A DNA stretch of 64,000 nucleotides. Source: Chiloscyllium plagiosum (Eukaryota). The DNA is taken from NCBI RefSeq assembly GCF_004010195.1, contig NC_057737.1:48909173-48973172 (forward strand), given 5' to 3'. Shown here piece after piece: positions 62,960-64,000 of this stretch. Position 1 is the first letter of the stretch. Each line of letters begins with the position of its first letter. The translations under genes were made by a program, and so were the position numbers. The notes under the pieces are model-generated. The model did no database searches. It was given only the letters and a program-made list of their open reading frames with translations, and was not told the origin of the DNA.

Positions 62960-64000
62960 CATCCTCATATTGTAACAAGGTAGGATTAATCTCATTGTGA
63001 AGGCATTCCCTCGGTGTCAGCGACCATAATATGATTACATTTTACATTCAGTGTGAGAGAGAAGAGGGAGGTCTAAATTTCTAACTTCAAATAAGGGCAG
63101 TTATGAAGGTATGAAAGCAAAAATGGCTAAAGTGACTTGGCAAATGAAATAGGTCAGCAGAGACACAGTGGGATATTTCAGAATAGACACATTCCAACAA
63201 GTAAGCAAAATTCCTACAGATCCACCAACTGTGGTTAATTGGAGATGTTAAAGATGGTATCAAATCAAAAGAAAAAAAGAATATTTGTGCAAAGACAAGT
63301 GGCAGGTCAGAAGATGGGACAGAATATAAAAACAGCAAGAATGACCAAACTATAAGTAAGGAGGGAAAAATTGATAGTCAGAAATATAAAAACAAGTAAG
63401 TGTTTCTCTAAATATTTAGAGAGTTAACAAGGTGAGTGATTGCCAAAGTCAGATTGGAAAGTTAATAATAGAAAAGAAATGGCAGATTAATTGATAAGAT
63501 GTTTTGTATCAGTCTTCACTATCAAGGAGCTGAAAAGTGCAGCACTGGAAAAGCACAGCATGTCAGGCAGCAACCAAGGAGCAGGAGAATCGATGTTTCA
63601 GGCATAAGCCCTTCATCACTAGAGAGAATACAAGTAACATCCCAGAAGCAGCAATAAATCAGGAAATGGAGAGGAGGGAGGAACTATGGAAAATCTCAAT
63701 TGCCAGTGAAATAATACTACGTAAATTGTAGGAACTGACAAAAACTCAGATCCTACTGGACTTTATCCTAGAGTTTTAAAAGAAGTGCCTGATGAGCTAG
63801 TATCAGTTAAAACCAATGCATTGCTTTTAATTTTCCAAGATTCGTTGGTTCATGGATTGTTCCGTTAAATTGGAGGATAGTTAATAAACCAAAGGAACAT
63901 ATATTAAATGGTAGGACCCTAGGGAGTATACCCTTGAAGGTAGGTAAGGTGGCTAACGAGGTATTAGGATACTTGCCTTTATTAGTCAAGACGTTGAATA
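62960..64000 (+). mobile_element. Degenerate CR1 ORF2 with a PLE terminus insertion (about 63525-63620)
   Basis: Decayed SDHN, PWL and GLYPRVLKEV motifs. Confidence 0.65.

Noticed and set aside
1023-63620. Recurrent palindromic repeats as a CRISPR array or DNA-transposon MITEs
   Set aside because: They are dispersed rather than regularly spaced; the arms match PLE retroelement termini, with long variable TSDs and asymmetric ends
57900-64000. Expected downstream neighbour gene (DHX33 in human)
   Set aside because: No recognisable exon or CpG promoter within this window

Overview
Eukaryotic genomic DNA, very likely from a cartilaginous fish (shark). This is inferred from abundant HE1/V-SINEs, HER1/CR1 LINEs and Penelope-like elements. 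I assembled three complete vertebrate genes by hand from splice sites. IFT22/RABL5 (+) has 5 coding exons, 1714-25960, 187 aa, with an RFX X-box just upstream of the ATG. MIS12 (-) has a single coding exon, 35504-36190, 228 aa. DERL2 (+) has 7 exons, 37716-56579, 239 aa, with two consecutive U12-type minor introns. MIS12 and DERL2 share a compact bidirectional promoter (NRF1, GC box, ETS-CRE). Most remaining sequence is retroelement debris, and nearly all ORFs in the supplied track are repeat-derived. The most notable unannotated signal is a set of Penelope-like (PLE) termini carrying minimal hammerhead-ribozyme cores (CUGANGA-stem II-GAAA-palindrome-UH). These occur mostly as short fold-back insertions bracketed by 13-17 bp direct repeats, including a ~670 bp near-perfect palindrome 88 bp into DERL2 intron 5. 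Repeat boundaries are approximate and family names come from recognition, not from a database search.
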